Below are positions 15,280 through 36,080 of a stretch of 64,000 nt of DNA, in pieces; position 1 is the first letter of the stretch; each line of letters begins with the position of its first letter. The translations under genes and the position numbers were made by a program. The notes beneath the pieces were generated by a model, which was given only the letters and a program-made list of their open reading frames with translations, was not told the origin of the DNA and ran no database searches. The DNA is from the human T2T-CHM13v2.0 reference genome, Homo sapiens, in NCBI RefSeq assembly GCF_009914755.1, contig NC_060936.1; one strand, 5' to 3'.

Positions 15280-16828
15280 TCAGGAGGCTGAGGCAGGAAA
15301 ATAGCTTGAACCAGGAGGCAGAGGTTGCAGTGAGCTGAGATCATACCGCTGCACCCCAGCCTGGACAAGAGAATAAGACTTGGTCTTAAAAAAAAATACT
15401 TCTGGGTGATCTACATACAAATAAGCTCCAGCAACCAATTTCACCCCCAAAATTTCATCATGAATCTCCTGGAAATAAGGACATTCTTTTAACGGCAGTG
15501 AAATTACCACACCTAAGAAAGGCAACATTGGTCCATTATTAGCTAATAGGCGGTCTACAAACTATCCCAAGCATCCAAGAAGAACGGCCATGAAAGCAGC
15601 TGGGATCCAATCACTCAGCACGCGCTGCAGGGGGCGGCCAGGTCTCCCGAGTAGCCTTTCATCCACAAGGTCCTCTTTTAACATGACAGCGTTACGTCGG
15701 AAGAGATCAGGCCAGCTATCTTTCGGAAGAAGGCACATCTCCTTTCAACATCCACATTTAATTATGGATGAAAGAGCGCATATTCTGTCAGATTCATCTG
15801 AGATAACCGAGCACCATTTCCTCCTCATTTTAAGAAGTATCAATTACTCGCCTGTTATATCCTGGAGAGCACCAGCTTTTAAGTCAGGCTGCCAGGGCCC
15901 CAAACCAGCTCCCCTAGGCACCTGCTGTGCAGCCTTGGGAGCTAACCCTCTAGGCCTCTGTTCCCTGGACAACAGGCTTAACTGCAGCACACACACCAGC
16001 AACTGTGGCGAGGCTTAAATAAGATCACGTGGGAAAGGCACAAGTAAGAGGCATAATAGAAGCTTTCCAGTACACCTGTGTGGGGTGGCCAAGTCTTTAA
16101 AAGATAGAGGCTGACTGTGCTACCAGCCCCGTTCCTTCATGAGCCAATGGCACCCCAAGGCCAAGAGCCTGGGCCTTGAGATCCAGCCCTGCAGAACCAT
16201 TACGGAACGCACGCACACTGGGCCCATCTTAGTGTGGTAGCTAAAAAAGAACCAGAGCTGGGATAGAAGTCCAGCTTGACCACTCACTACCTACAGGCAG
16301 TAAGAAAGTGATCTGTTTTTGTGCCTGTTTCCTCATCAGTAAAGTGGATCTAAGACTCCTGTGAGGTTCAGATTTCGTCACATATGTAAAGCATACGCCA
16401 CTGTACAAAAAACCCAGTTCCAATTCAGTACATTAGAAACTATCATTTCTAACGTCATTCTAAGGTGTCTCCTGACTGTAACGGATAGCCTTACACAGGC
16501 AGAGTGAAAGCTCACATTCAAAGGACAGGCTTTTGAATCCTGGCTCAGTCACATACAAGCTGTGTAACTTTGGGCCAATGATTAAACCTCTCAAGCCTCA
16601 GTTTCCTCATCAGTAAAATGGGCACCGTACGTGTCATGTAGACTAAGTAGTCGTGTAGACATGTAGACATGTAGCATACGTGTCATGTGGACTAACCAGA
16701 TACTGTACTTAGGTACTTAGCAAGCACTGTGCCTGGTGCACAGTAAGCTCTCAGTAAATGTTCCTAAAAAACAGGCACTCACAGATACTTAGGCAAAAGC
16801 CTAAGAGTCGCCTTCCCTACTGCTCACA

Positions 16829-17186
16829 TGCCATGGTTTCCATATCTGACCCTCCAAACCTCATGAAGAAATGTGATCCCCAGTGCTTCTCGTGGGGCCT
16901 AGTGTTTGGGTCATGGGGACGGATCCCTGAAGAAAGGCTTGGGGCTGTCACAGGAGTGAACTCTCCTATGAGAGAGGTCGTTTACAAGCCTGGCACCTCC
17001 CTCCCCTCTCTCACTTCCTCTAGTGCATGTGATCTCTACACAGCTGGCTCCCGTTCACAAGGCCCTCAGCAGTGCAGATGCTGGCGCCCTGCTTCTTGTA
17101 CAGCCTGCAGAACCCTAAACCAAAGAAACATCTTTCCATTATAGATGACTGAGCCTCAGGTATTCCTACATAGGAACACAAACAGG
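16829..17186 (+). mobile_element. MST-type MaLR LTR in SLC15A4 intron 1
   Basis: tgccatggttt...cagatgctggcgccctgcttcttgtacagcctgcagaacc...cctcaggtattcc. Confidence 0.7.
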
Positions 17187-17334
17187 GAGACAACCTGCCA
17201 GTACTTCCTGCCCATTCTACTTCCATAGCTGAACTCCATCCATCCACTTCACCCACCTCCACTGCCTCCACTCTAGTTAGGAGAGACTCCCACCTCATGT
17301 CCCTAATGTCACCACTTCCTACACAACCCATTCT

Positions 17335-17990
<656 letters not shown>

Positions 17991-18514
17991 TCCCTGCTGG
18001 AACCCAGTAAAGCTCTCGACTGTATCCCCAACGCTTTAACACTCCTCACATGATCCGGCCCCAGCCTTCCACCTCACTTCCCACTTTTTTTTATATTTTC
18101 TGAAACGATCTGACTTTGCTATTGCTCTTAAAGGCGGCCTATTCTGCATATAATACTTGGTGGCCACGTCCTTGCCCCTCCTGAAGAGCTGCAGTGGTTC
18201 CTCCCTCACTTCTTGGCAGTTACAGTTGCAGGGGAGCAGCTTGATGCTAACTTGATTCAAACTCATTTTCATCTGAGCTTTCCGACCCAACCTAGCCCGT
18301 AACTCCTTTAAAGCCACGAAGACGCAATATGAGTGTTTTCCCACTTCTTTGTAAAGGAAGCTAAGGCAACAACGGGGGCTTCCCCTTCCCTCAGCTTCCT
18401 GGCCCAGGGCCCTGCACCTGCGAATCCCCATGTCTGGAAAGCTCCTCAAACAACTGCTCTTTCCTAGCCTTCTGGTCTGAACTTACAGGGCCTGAACATA
18501 GAAGGGTCCCGTTC

Positions 18515-19158
<644 letters not shown>

Positions 19159-19249
19159 TAGACCTCACCCCGCCCCAGGCAAACCCCTTCCAGCACCCAT
19201 CACACCGGTACCTCCAGTCTTGGCCCACCTGCTGGCGGGATTCCTCGGC

Positions 19250-20170
19250 ACTAGACAGAAGCCCCCCGGGGCAAGGGGCTCCCTCCGCGGTCAGAGGCAG
19301 GGACTGGGGCAGGGGAAGAGGCTGGGGCTGGGCAGGGGCTGGACAGGGACAGGGACAGCGCGCGGGGGCGCGGCTCACCTGGTCGGCGCCGAAGGGCGTG
19401 ATGTTGGCCTTGACGGTGGCCACGCCCAGGCCCACCAGCACCAGCCCCGCGAAGGTGGCCGGTGAGCAGCAGCGGGCGGCGGCGTCGGGACCAGGCGCCG
19501 TGCAGTTGAGCAGGCGCGCGGAACCGCAGAGCGCGGCTCGCGTGGCGGGCGCGGCCAGCAGCGGGAAGGCCAGCATGCCCAGCAGGTAGAGCGCCAGGCT
19601 CAGCAGGATGGCGCGCGCCCGGCCCAGCCGCGCGTCGGCCAGCCAGCCTCCGAACGGCGAGCCCAGGTAGGTGAGGCCCATGAAGAGCAGCAGCGCCTCG
19701 CTGGCCTGCGCGCCCTCCCAGCAGAACGGCGCCCCGTTCAGGAATAGCACCAGGTTGGACGTGATGCCGTAGAAAGCGGCGCGCTCCAGCAGCTCCGTCA
19801 GCAGCACGGCCCCGCACGCCGCGCGCCGGCCCGCGAACGCCCCAGCCGCCGCCGCGGCCGCCGCCGCCCGCCGCGCGCCCAGCAGCGGCGCCCGCTCGCC
19901 CGCACCGCCCCCAGAGCCCTCCATGCGACGCCGCCAGCTGCCTCGCCCCGCCGCCGGGTCACCTGTCCCAGAACCCAGGGCCGCCGCCCTTCTCGCGAGA
20001 CTGCCGGGCCTGAGATGTCCCTATTGGGCGGGCTCGCCGCTGCTCAACGCCCCACTCGCCGGAACTTCCGGCCCCGCCCCGGGCACTAGGCGAGGAGGTG
20101 GCCGGTATTCTGGATCGCTGCGTGTCTTGGGGAGCTTGGGATTCCGCAGCTTGGCGGCCGAGAGCCTTTG
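19250..20170. promoter_or_regulatory. SLC15A4: CpG island and promoter of SLC15A4
   Basis: Very GC- and CpG-rich across exon 1. TCTCGCGAGA palindrome 19991-20000, CCAAT (minus) 20023-20027, inverted ETS pair CCGGAACTTCCGG 20059-20071, GC box 20071-20080. No TATA box seen. Confidence 0.9.
19379..19924 (-). CDS. SLC15A4: SLC15A4 coding exon 1 (codons 1-182)
   Basis: Translates [19 protein letters not shown]...[11 protein letters not shown]. Contains the N-terminal dileucine sorting motif ERAPLL, the POT-family ExxER motif (ELLER) and the PTR2-like [11 protein letters not shown]. 546 nt, phase 0, ends at donor CAG/gtgag. Confidence 0.98.
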
Positions 20171-20465
20171 TTTGCCTTTTTGAGACAGGGTTTCCCTCTC
20201 TCGCCCAGGCTGGAGCGCAGTCATGCGGTTACGCCTCACTGCAGCCTCAGCTTCCCAGGATCAAGCGGCCCTCCCACCTCAGCCTCCCGGGTAGCTGGGA
20301 CCGCAGGCGCTCGCCGCTGCCTGTGGCTAATTTTTAAACAGTTTTTTGAAATGGGGTCTCGCTTTGTTGCTCAGGTTGGTCTCGAACTCCTGGCATCAAG
20401 CGTTCCTCACGTCTCAGCCTCCCATAGTGTTGGAATTACGTGCATGAGCCACTGCAGGCAGTCGG
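20170..20465 (-). mobile_element. AluJ abutting the SLC15A4 promoter
   Basis: Diverged antisense Alu that retains many CpGs next to the island. Confidence 0.85.
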
Positions 20466-21248
20466 ACTAAGGGAGTTTAAACAAAGAAGCCGGAGCCTGG
20501 CCCTCTTCGGGCTTCGGTGGGGCCCAGTAGGCAGCCAAAACTCACACTGAGACGGCGGCTGCTCTCCAGGCGGGTTTGCTCAGGCTGCCCCCGTGCTCCC
20601 TGCCCTGGGCTTCAGTCCTGGAGAGGACCCGGTTTCTCAACCCGTGCATCGTTGGCACTTTGAGCGACGGGACTGTCCTGTGCGTTGCACGATGTTCAGC
20701 AGCAGCTTTGGCCTCTGCTATCCACTAGGGGCCAGTTCCACCCCCTAGCACCTCAGATTAACAACCGAAAATGTCTTCTAGACTTTGCCGAAGGACTCCT
20801 GGGGGCAAATACGCCCCCATTGAGACTCACTGGCTTAGAACAAGGCAAGCTCCAGCCTGTTTCAGGCTTTCCCAGAGACTGCCCCTACACCATCTATGGT
20901 TGCATGGCTGGCTTCTCATCCTTCAACCTTCCACCGAAGTGTTGACTTCAGAGAAACATTTTTTTCACTAGCCCGTCCAAGGCCCGAGTATCCCATTCCA
21001 TCATGTTACTCTTTTCTCCTTATTACCTGTTACATTTTTTAATTTATTCGTTTATCTCCCCAACCTGCATGTGTTAACAGGTGTAAGCTTCCTGATGGCA
21101 GGATTCTCTTGTGTTTTGTTCCTCACTGTGCCCCCTGCCTCTGGGACAGCGCCTGGCACATAGTGGAGTGAAAGAGTGCCGCCCAAAAATGGCCCTCAGC
21201 ATGGCTTCAGAAATTGAGACCCCGGCCTGGGATGGTGGCTCACGTCTA

Positions 21249-21574
<326 letters not shown>

Positions 21575-22357
21575 TCAGCACTTTGGGAGGCTGAGGCAAG
21601 AGGATTGCTTGAGCCCGGGAGGTAGAGGCTGCATTCAGCAGTGAGGGCATCACTGCACTCCAGCCTGGGTGACATAGTGAGACCCTGTCTCAAAAAAAAA
21701 AAAAAAAAAAGGCAAGAAAGAAAGGAATCGTGATCCACAGCTGCTGCAATGATTCAATTAGTGTAAGACCACCTCCTCTTCCTTCATCATTCCCTCCAGC
21801 TAAGATGAGGGTGGAGCCAGTAGCTGGGAAGTTGGCTTGCCAGTAGGTCATCTGGAGAAGTAATCCTGCCAGTAAGTCTTGAAGTTGCATGCATTCTCTT
21901 TTTAAAAAACTTTTTTAAATGTCCGACAGATAGACTGATGGTCAGCACAGTGCTGCCACACAGCAGGCAATATATATTTAATCAATGTCTAAGGAGAGAA
22001 TAATTGAATGCCCGAATTGGACCTTTGCCACCTGTCTGTTGATGCTTGTCATTTCCAGCTGTCAGCTCAAATATCACTTTCCTAACCCTGCCACACTAGG
22101 TTAGCTCCCCGTTTTTATGGCCTTGGAACTCCCTATACTTTTTTCCCACAGCACCGGTTATAATTTATACTTATTTTGTGCAACTATTGAATGCCTGTCT
22201 TCAAAGCTGGGATGGCCGGGATCTTTGTTTTAACCACGATTGTAGTTCTAGAGGCTGGCACAGCACTTGCCAATGATAAATAGGTATTAGATTGAACTGG
22301 ATGAGTGAATGACTGACCATTTGTTGAATGTAAATGATGCAAGTCACCTTATGTTCT

Positions 22358-22570
22358 CATATATGTGTGTGTATACACATATGTATATCTGTGTGTATAT
22401 ATGTATATATGTGTGTATATAAGTGTGTGTATATGTGTGCATGTATACATGTGTATATATATATGTGTGTCTATACATGTTCAAGGGCATGTATTAGTAT
22501 TTTAACTTATTATTGGATACTAATATATGTCCTTGAACATGTACATATAGACACACACACACACATATGT
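22358..22570. repeat. Alternating purine/pyrimidine (TA/TG/CA) tract enclosing an inverted repeat
   Basis: (TG/TA)n on the left, (CA)n on the right, with a unique-sequence stem between them. Confidence 0.85.
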
Positions 22571-23584
22571 GCCATTTTTTTTTTTTCTTTTTGAGATGGA
22601 GTTTCGCTCTTGTAACCCAGGCTGGAGTGCAGTGGCACAGTGGCTCATGCCTGTAATCTCAGCACTTTGGGAGGCCAAGGCAGGCAGATCACTTGAAGTC
22701 AGGAGTTAAAGACCAGCCGGGCCAACATGGTGAAACCCCATCTCTACTAAAATTACAAAAATTAGCCAGGCGGTAGTGTTGCGCACCTGTAATCCCAGCT
22801 ACTCAAGAGGCTCAGGCAGGAGAATCGCTTGAGCCTGGGAGGTGGAGTTGCAGTGAGCCGAGATCACGCCACTGCACTCCAGCCTGGGTGATAGAGCGAA
22901 ACTGTCTCAAAATAAAAAATAAAAAAGAAAGCAATAGAACTCAGACTTCAATGAAAGGCTTATATCTAATTATGAGTCCAGTGCTGCTTCCACTTTGCAG
23001 TTGGTAGAGGAGACAGAATCTTTGAGTATTTTTTCTAAGACTGATAGGTTTGACGCTCAGGCAAAGTCTAGAGTAAAATTAACATTAAACATGGAATGAA
23101 AGCAAAGCAAATGATTTGAATCATGTGATAACCCAGTGTCCAAACAGTGCTCAATACACTCTGCCATTTTTGAATGATAGTAAACTAATCCGATTGCATT
23201 GCCTCATTTGAGAAAACTAAAGCTAAGTTTAAAAAAACAAAAAAGTGAGCCAAGACCACATCTGGCAAGATCACATTTATATGCAATGGCCAGAATAGGC
23301 AATAGGCAAATCCATACAGACAATGCAGATTAGTACAGTTTCCTGATACTGGGGGAGGGGAGGGGAAGATTGGTGCACATCTCTGTGAATGTACTAAAAA
23401 ACCACTGAATTCTACAGTTTATATAAGTGAATTATATGGTATGCGAATATGTCTCCATAAAGCTGGTACCAAAAGAAAGTGAACTAATAGTTACAGTTTG
23501 AAAGGTTTCACATATAAATTTGGATGCCTTGCTATTTGGGGAAAATAAATGTGAGCTCTGGCAATGCTGGACTTGTGATTACCT

Positions 23585-24030
23585 GTTACATTAGTATGAT
23601 CCCATCACTTTGAACCATGCCCCATAGTATTCAAGCCTTTATGTATTCCTCAGAGATCACGCCACAGGGCCTGTCCTGTGACCTGTTTTGACCAAGAGAA
23701 TACATCAAAAGTGTCTCTGGGCCTGGTCTGGGCACAGGCTTAAAGTCTGACACCTTCCACTTTCATGACTGGGGTGTCCGGAGCCATCATATTAGACGTC
23801 CACCTGCCTTCCATCATATGTTGAGGAGGAGTCTGCAACTATGTGGAGAGGGGATTCTCAGCATTCCAGATGACCTGCCTACTGAATGCAGCCATGTGAA
23901 GACCAGCAGAAGAACCACACAGCTGAGCCTCAACCCAGATAGCAGAATTGTAAACAAATAACATGGTTGTTCTTTTAAGCCACTAAATTCTGGGGCAGTT
24001 TATTATGTAGCAACAGGTAATGGAAACACA
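23585..24030 (+). mobile_element. Old MLT1-type MaLR LTR
   Basis: 3' end ttttaagccactaaattctggggcagtttattatgtagcaacaggtaatggaaaca. Confidence 0.6.
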
Positions 24031-24316
24031 TTTGCTTCCCCCTGTAGCCACAATCTGCTGACACTCAGCAGCAGCCACTGTCTTTAGATGGCAGACACTT
24101 TCTAGCTTTCCTAAACCCTCCCCACTCACTATTGTCTTATTTTTGTTATGATAGAGAAAATTCTCCATATCTGCATAGTCCAGCGCAGGAGCCACTAGCT
24201 ATGTGTGGCTATTGAAACTAGTTAAAATTAAATAAAATGAAAAATTCTGTTCCTCACTTACACTAGCCATATCGCAAGTGGTTTGTGGCTAGTGGCTACC
24301 GTATTGGACAGCATAG

Positions 24317-24646
<330 letters not shown>

Positions 24647-27165
24647 TAGAGCCACCACGCCCGGCCAGCAACTCCATTCCGTACTAAAAATGTAATGGAT
24701 ATGATTGACTAATTAGCCAACATCCATACTCTTTCTTTTTCCAAACAATCCTGATTCTCTTCACATATTTGTCTTCCTTAACCCACCCCTGTCCCCACCA
24801 GCTTCCCATGTAGCTCAGGAGAACCTGACTTCATCCTTGTTCCCAGATAGAACTAGCCCACACCAGTACTAGTCTCATGCCTCTTCATGGTGACCACTTC
24901 AGGAACGCAGACTCTAACCTTTCAGGACACGAAATTTCCCTGGTGCCTGCGGTTACTGACCCAGCAGTGGACAAATGAGGTAAGTTGACCCAGTCAGACT
25001 AGAGGCAAGGCCACTTATTGGCTGACTGTGGGCGAGGCACATGCTCCCAAACTGGATGTGAGTTAGGAAACCTGCAGCTCTAATAGCTCCTGATGGCTAT
25101 TGACAACCATGAGATGAACCAGCTTAGGATGAGACTGACTTGGGGGATGGCACAGGAGACTCAGGGAGAAGTGAGATAATAAGTCTTAACATTGTTTAAG
25201 CCACTGTGTTGGGTTTTCTGTTATTTGTATTACTTGTGGCCCCAAGCCACCTATCATAATTCTATCAAAAATGGAAAAAATAAAAGAACTGGAAGGCTAG
25301 GGCAGGAGAATTGCTTGAACCCAGGAGGCAGAGGTTGCAGAGAGCCGAGATCGCACCACTGCATTCAGCATGGGCGACAGGGTGAGACTCCGTCTCAAAA
25401 AATAAAAAATAAAAAAATTAAGGAACAAGAGAGGCCAGCCTGATTTTTTTCTCATGCCTGACCCATGAGTTTTCTGCTGGGCTTCTGTAATGATTGGGTT
25501 TGCAGCCCCTGTACTGAGCCCCCAGTGATGGTATAGCTAAAGAATTGATGTAAGGTGATTCCTCCCACTTTATTGGATATGCTCGCAATATACTTCTGCC
25601 CCAAAAAGTGATCCTATGAGTCTCTCCTTTGCAGCTAAAATTAATAAATGACCCAACCCATACAGTAGGCATCTAAGGGATAGGTAACCGTGTCTTCCAA
25701 AATAACATTTTTGTCTATTGGCTCTTCACCTCAAGGGCCCTCTAGAAAAGGGGCAAGGACACTCTTTGCAAAGGTGCCTGTGGTGTGGACTAGACTTGGA
25801 AACACAGGGTTCTCCCTTCTCTGGTACCACTTTGTCTCCTGAGCCTCACCCAGTGCAGAGCTCGAGTGGGTGTGATTTAAGGCAGTGAACTGAGAAACCG
25901 TCACAGACAGGACATTCAGGGGACTGCCTGACTCCTCTGGCTGTTTCATGACATTTCTGCCGTAGTTTCACATCTCTGTTGAGTTGCTCACTCCTCACCG
26001 CCAGACAGTTGCCTCTCCTTACTGACAGTTTCAGCTTCCTCAAAACTTCGGGTTAGAAGCAGCTGTCATAGCCTTTCTGTGCCATCTGTACATCACTAAC
26101 TCACTCAACAAACAACTGTTGAACACCTGCCCCCTGAGTCATGACAGCTCAGCCTCAGCTCAGCTCAGCCTCAGCACTCACGGCCAGTGCTTCAGCTTCT
26201 CCAATTTCCCAGATCCCTAGGGAGGGACTCGGATAGGCCCCCTCACCTTTGTGCATCAGGCCATAGCATAAGTCATTAGCCATAGTACAGCCACAGGCCA
26301 TGCCACACATCTTTTGAATCTCCTTGGGTACAGAGAGTTGCCATAAATTCTATTTACTTCAAGGAGTCACTGTTGCAACCACTCTTTCTGGCTACAAATA
26401 CTCTTGATAGAAGCAGAAGGTATAAAAAGTGAAATCAATAAAAACACAGGCAACCAACGGAATAGAATCAGGTGTTAAATCCTTGATCCTAAACCAAAGC
26501 CACACTAATCTACTTTTAGTATGAACTAATTCAGCTCCCAGAATGACTTGCATTTATTTTAACAGAGGATGTGAGAGTGTACGGTCAGGAAGCTGATTTT
26601 GATTTGACTTGTTTCAGGCACTCATTTTATTTGACCCTTGCGAGTAGCAACGTCTGTTTCTTGCGTACTTTTCCACCTGTGTTTAAAAAACCCCCAAGAC
26701 GTGCAAAAGTTGGGCTTCGCCAATAGAAGCAGGGAGGTGAAGAGAGAGAGAGAGAGTAAGTGAAAGAAAATGAACTTCTGCTTCCTTCTATTGCAAGAAG
26801 CGCAAGATGGTGTGACCACACCTAAGATCCTATTTTAACCACCACTTTCACAATTCCCTGTAAGCAACCTTAGCCTAAACTGTAATCATATAATAGTTCG
26901 TTGGTAATTATAAGTGTATTTGTTTTCTAGATTAGGCCTTACAGGAAAGATCAAGGAAGATGAATACAAAGAACAAGAACAGAAGCACTAATACAAAATA
27001 ACTGATTGTATGAAGTGAAATCAGCCAGGCACAGAGAGATACATACCATGTGCTCTCACTCATATATAGAAGCTAAAAAAGTTGATCTCATAGAAGTACA
27101 TGTTTCAAAATCCTACCTTATGCCCCATAATTATGAACAATTATTATATCAATTAAAAATAATGA

Positions 27166-28430
<1,265 letters not shown>

Positions 28431-28886
28431 TCATCAATTCATGGGGAAAGGATGGATTGTTAAACAAATTATGTTGGAATGAATGTTGAAACATAGGGGA
28501 AAACAGTCTTCATATTTTGCACCAACATAAATTTCAGATGGATTAAATATTAAGAAACCAAAACTATAAAAGCACTAGGAGAAAATATTGGCAAATAGAT
28601 AATCGAGAGAAAATGCCTTCCTAAGCCTAACACTAAAGGCAGAAGGCATGCAGTAAAAAATTAGTTTGACTACATGAAGATTTAAAACTTATGTGTATAA
28701 AAAATAATAATTGCTGTTGAGAGCACACAAACTAAGAAAAAAATTGAAGTACATAAGACAATGTTCTTTTTTTTTTTTTGAGACAGAGTCTTGCCACCCA
28801 TTCTATAAACTCTGTTTTCAGCAGAACTTTTTATATCTCCATATTCCTGAGTCCTATTTATCCTATTATAAGTATGTACAGAATGA

Positions 28887-29078
<192 letters not shown>

Positions 29079-29197
29079 TAAAGAATATTATGGGCCGGGC
29101 GCGGTGGCTCACACCTTTGGGAGGCCGAGGCGGGCGGATCACGAGGTCAGGAGATCGAGACCATCCTGACTAACATGGTGAAACCCCGCCTCTACTA

Positions 29198-29485
<288 letters not shown>

Positions 29486-29669
29486 CTATTGTTGGGTCCT
29501 ATTCAGCATCCATTCTCCCTTCTGGTAACTGCACCTTGATTTTCCTTAACTAATCAATGCTCGCTGTGATTTAGGTCTGGCGGCTGTGATTTAGGTCTGG
29601 CGGCTTGACCCCTCCAGTCCAAGAGTGGGCAGTTGACCTATGCCTATCCAATTAGCAGTATCCCATCTA

Positions 29670-30038
<369 letters not shown>

Positions 30039-30340
30039 TCAAAGCTAATCCCAGAATTTACTCTCGAATGAGCAGGAAGAAGTGATTCTCTTTTCTGTTG
30101 AGTTTGAGATCATGGAAATATAAGCTTGGAGTTGCCAGAGGCCATCTTGTGAAACCAGAGAAGTAAGCATCCCAGAAGGAGATAGAGATGAGAGAGACAC
30201 TTGTTTGAAAAAGACAGTTTAAATCCCAGAATTTTGGAGGCTGAGGCAGGTGGGGATCACCTGAGGTCAGGAGTTCAAGACCAACCTAGCCAACATGGTG
30301 AAACCCCGTCTCTACTAAAATACAAAAATTAGCCAGGCTA

Positions 30341-30517
<177 letters not shown>

Positions 30518-30639
30518 TCATAGCTAAAAGTAGCTTTTTCTTTAAAATTAGACATTTTAATTGTGAGTCCATAAATTCTCCTTTTGGTTAAGCAAATGTG
30601 ACATTCTGTCAATTGCAATAGAAAAAGTCCCAACCAGCT

Positions 30640-34625
<3,986 letters not shown>

Positions 34626-35120
34626 GTTTGAACCAATATAAGCATACACACTCACAGAAAAAAATACAGATGCCTTTCATGAAAAAAAAAAAAGGCAAAT
34701 TACACCAATAATTTTAAAATGCAAAAAGAGGAGACATGGTTTGTCACTTGACCTGAAAAATAGCCCGTGTTGGCTATGTTCTGGGAAATAAATATGCTCA
34801 TAAATGACCAACGGAAAGTAAACCGGCGCAGCTCTTCTGGAGGGCAATTAGTCACTTGTATCAAAAACTTACTGGCTTACACTTTGAATGTGCAATTCCA
34901 CTTCTAGAAATTAAAGAATGTGTGCCCAGACTTACCAATAAAATGTTCATTACAATGTTGCATAAAAATCACAAAATGATTGGAAATGGCAAAGACGTAC
35001 AACAACAAGGCAGAGATCAAATCAGTTCTAGTGTATGCATATACTGGAATGCTACGTCGTTATTCAAATGATACTGCAGAGGTAGGATTATGAGTTGGAA
35101 AAGTGTTCATGACATATTAT

Positions 35121-35740
35121 TGTATTCATTTTCTATTGCTGCGTAGCAAATAACCACTACTTTAGCAGCTTAAAACAATGCCCACTGATGAGTTCACAGG
35201 CTTCAGGAGGCTGGAAGTCTAGGCGTTGATGTGGCTGGCCTCTCTGTCCAGGGTCTCACAAAGCTGCAATCAAAGTGTTGGCCAGCTGAGATCTCATCGG
35301 GAGGTCAGGGCTCTCTTTCGTGCTCATGTGGTTGTGGTAGAAGGTAGTTCCTCGAGGAGATGGGTTGAAGGGCCATTTCCTTGCTGCCTGATGGCTGGGG
35401 GCCGCTCTCAGTTCCTGGAGTCGGCCTGCCTCCCTCATCACGCTGTCCTCTTCATCTTTGGAGGAGCAGTAGAGAATCTCCCTGACATCAAGTCACCCTT
35501 TGAATCTTTCTGACCTGAGGAAATGCTCAGTCCTTTCAAGAAGACAATTATTAAGTGAGGCTCATCCTGCATAACCTTCCTATTTTAAGGTCAACCCATT
35601 TGGGGATTCAAGTCTCATCTGCAAGTTCTCTCCCTGCCAGCCCCTGGACTGACATGTGATGGATTTGGGAGGAGGTGTGTGTGTACACCATTGTTGGGAA
35701 CTCTAGCGGGCCCTGTTAGAATTTTGCCTACCACAATTAT
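35121..35740 (-). mobile_element. MLT1-type MaLR LTR, antisense
   Basis: tgtattcattttctattgctgcgtagcaaataaccac...gcttaaaacaa...ttttgcctaccaca. Confidence 0.7.
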
Positions 35741-35841
35741 TAAGTAATAAAGAGCATAATACCAAAATGTACAGGGTGTTTCTATTTCTTGTAGCAAAAA
35801 TGAAAAACACAAACAAAACAGAACAAGAGCTGACAAGAATA

Positions 35842-36080
35842 CTGTGTCCATACAGCAGAGCCAAGGAAACACCGTAGCGTTTCCACCGCCTGTATTACCT
35901 GCTGTGTCCATACAGCAGAGCCAAGGAAACACTGTAGCATTTCCACTGCCTGTATTACCTACTGTGTCCATACAGCAGAGCCAAGGAAACACCGTAGCAT
36001 TTCCACTGCCTGTATTACCTGCTGTGTCCATACAGCCCCGCTGAAGAAGCACTGTAGCGTTTCCACTGCTTGTATTACCT
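35842..36080 (+). repeat. 60-bp minisatellite, 4 copies
   Basis: ctgtgtccatacagcagagccaaggaaacac(c/t)gtagc(g/a)tttccac(c/t)gcctgtattacct; the fourth copy is diverged. Confidence 0.95.
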
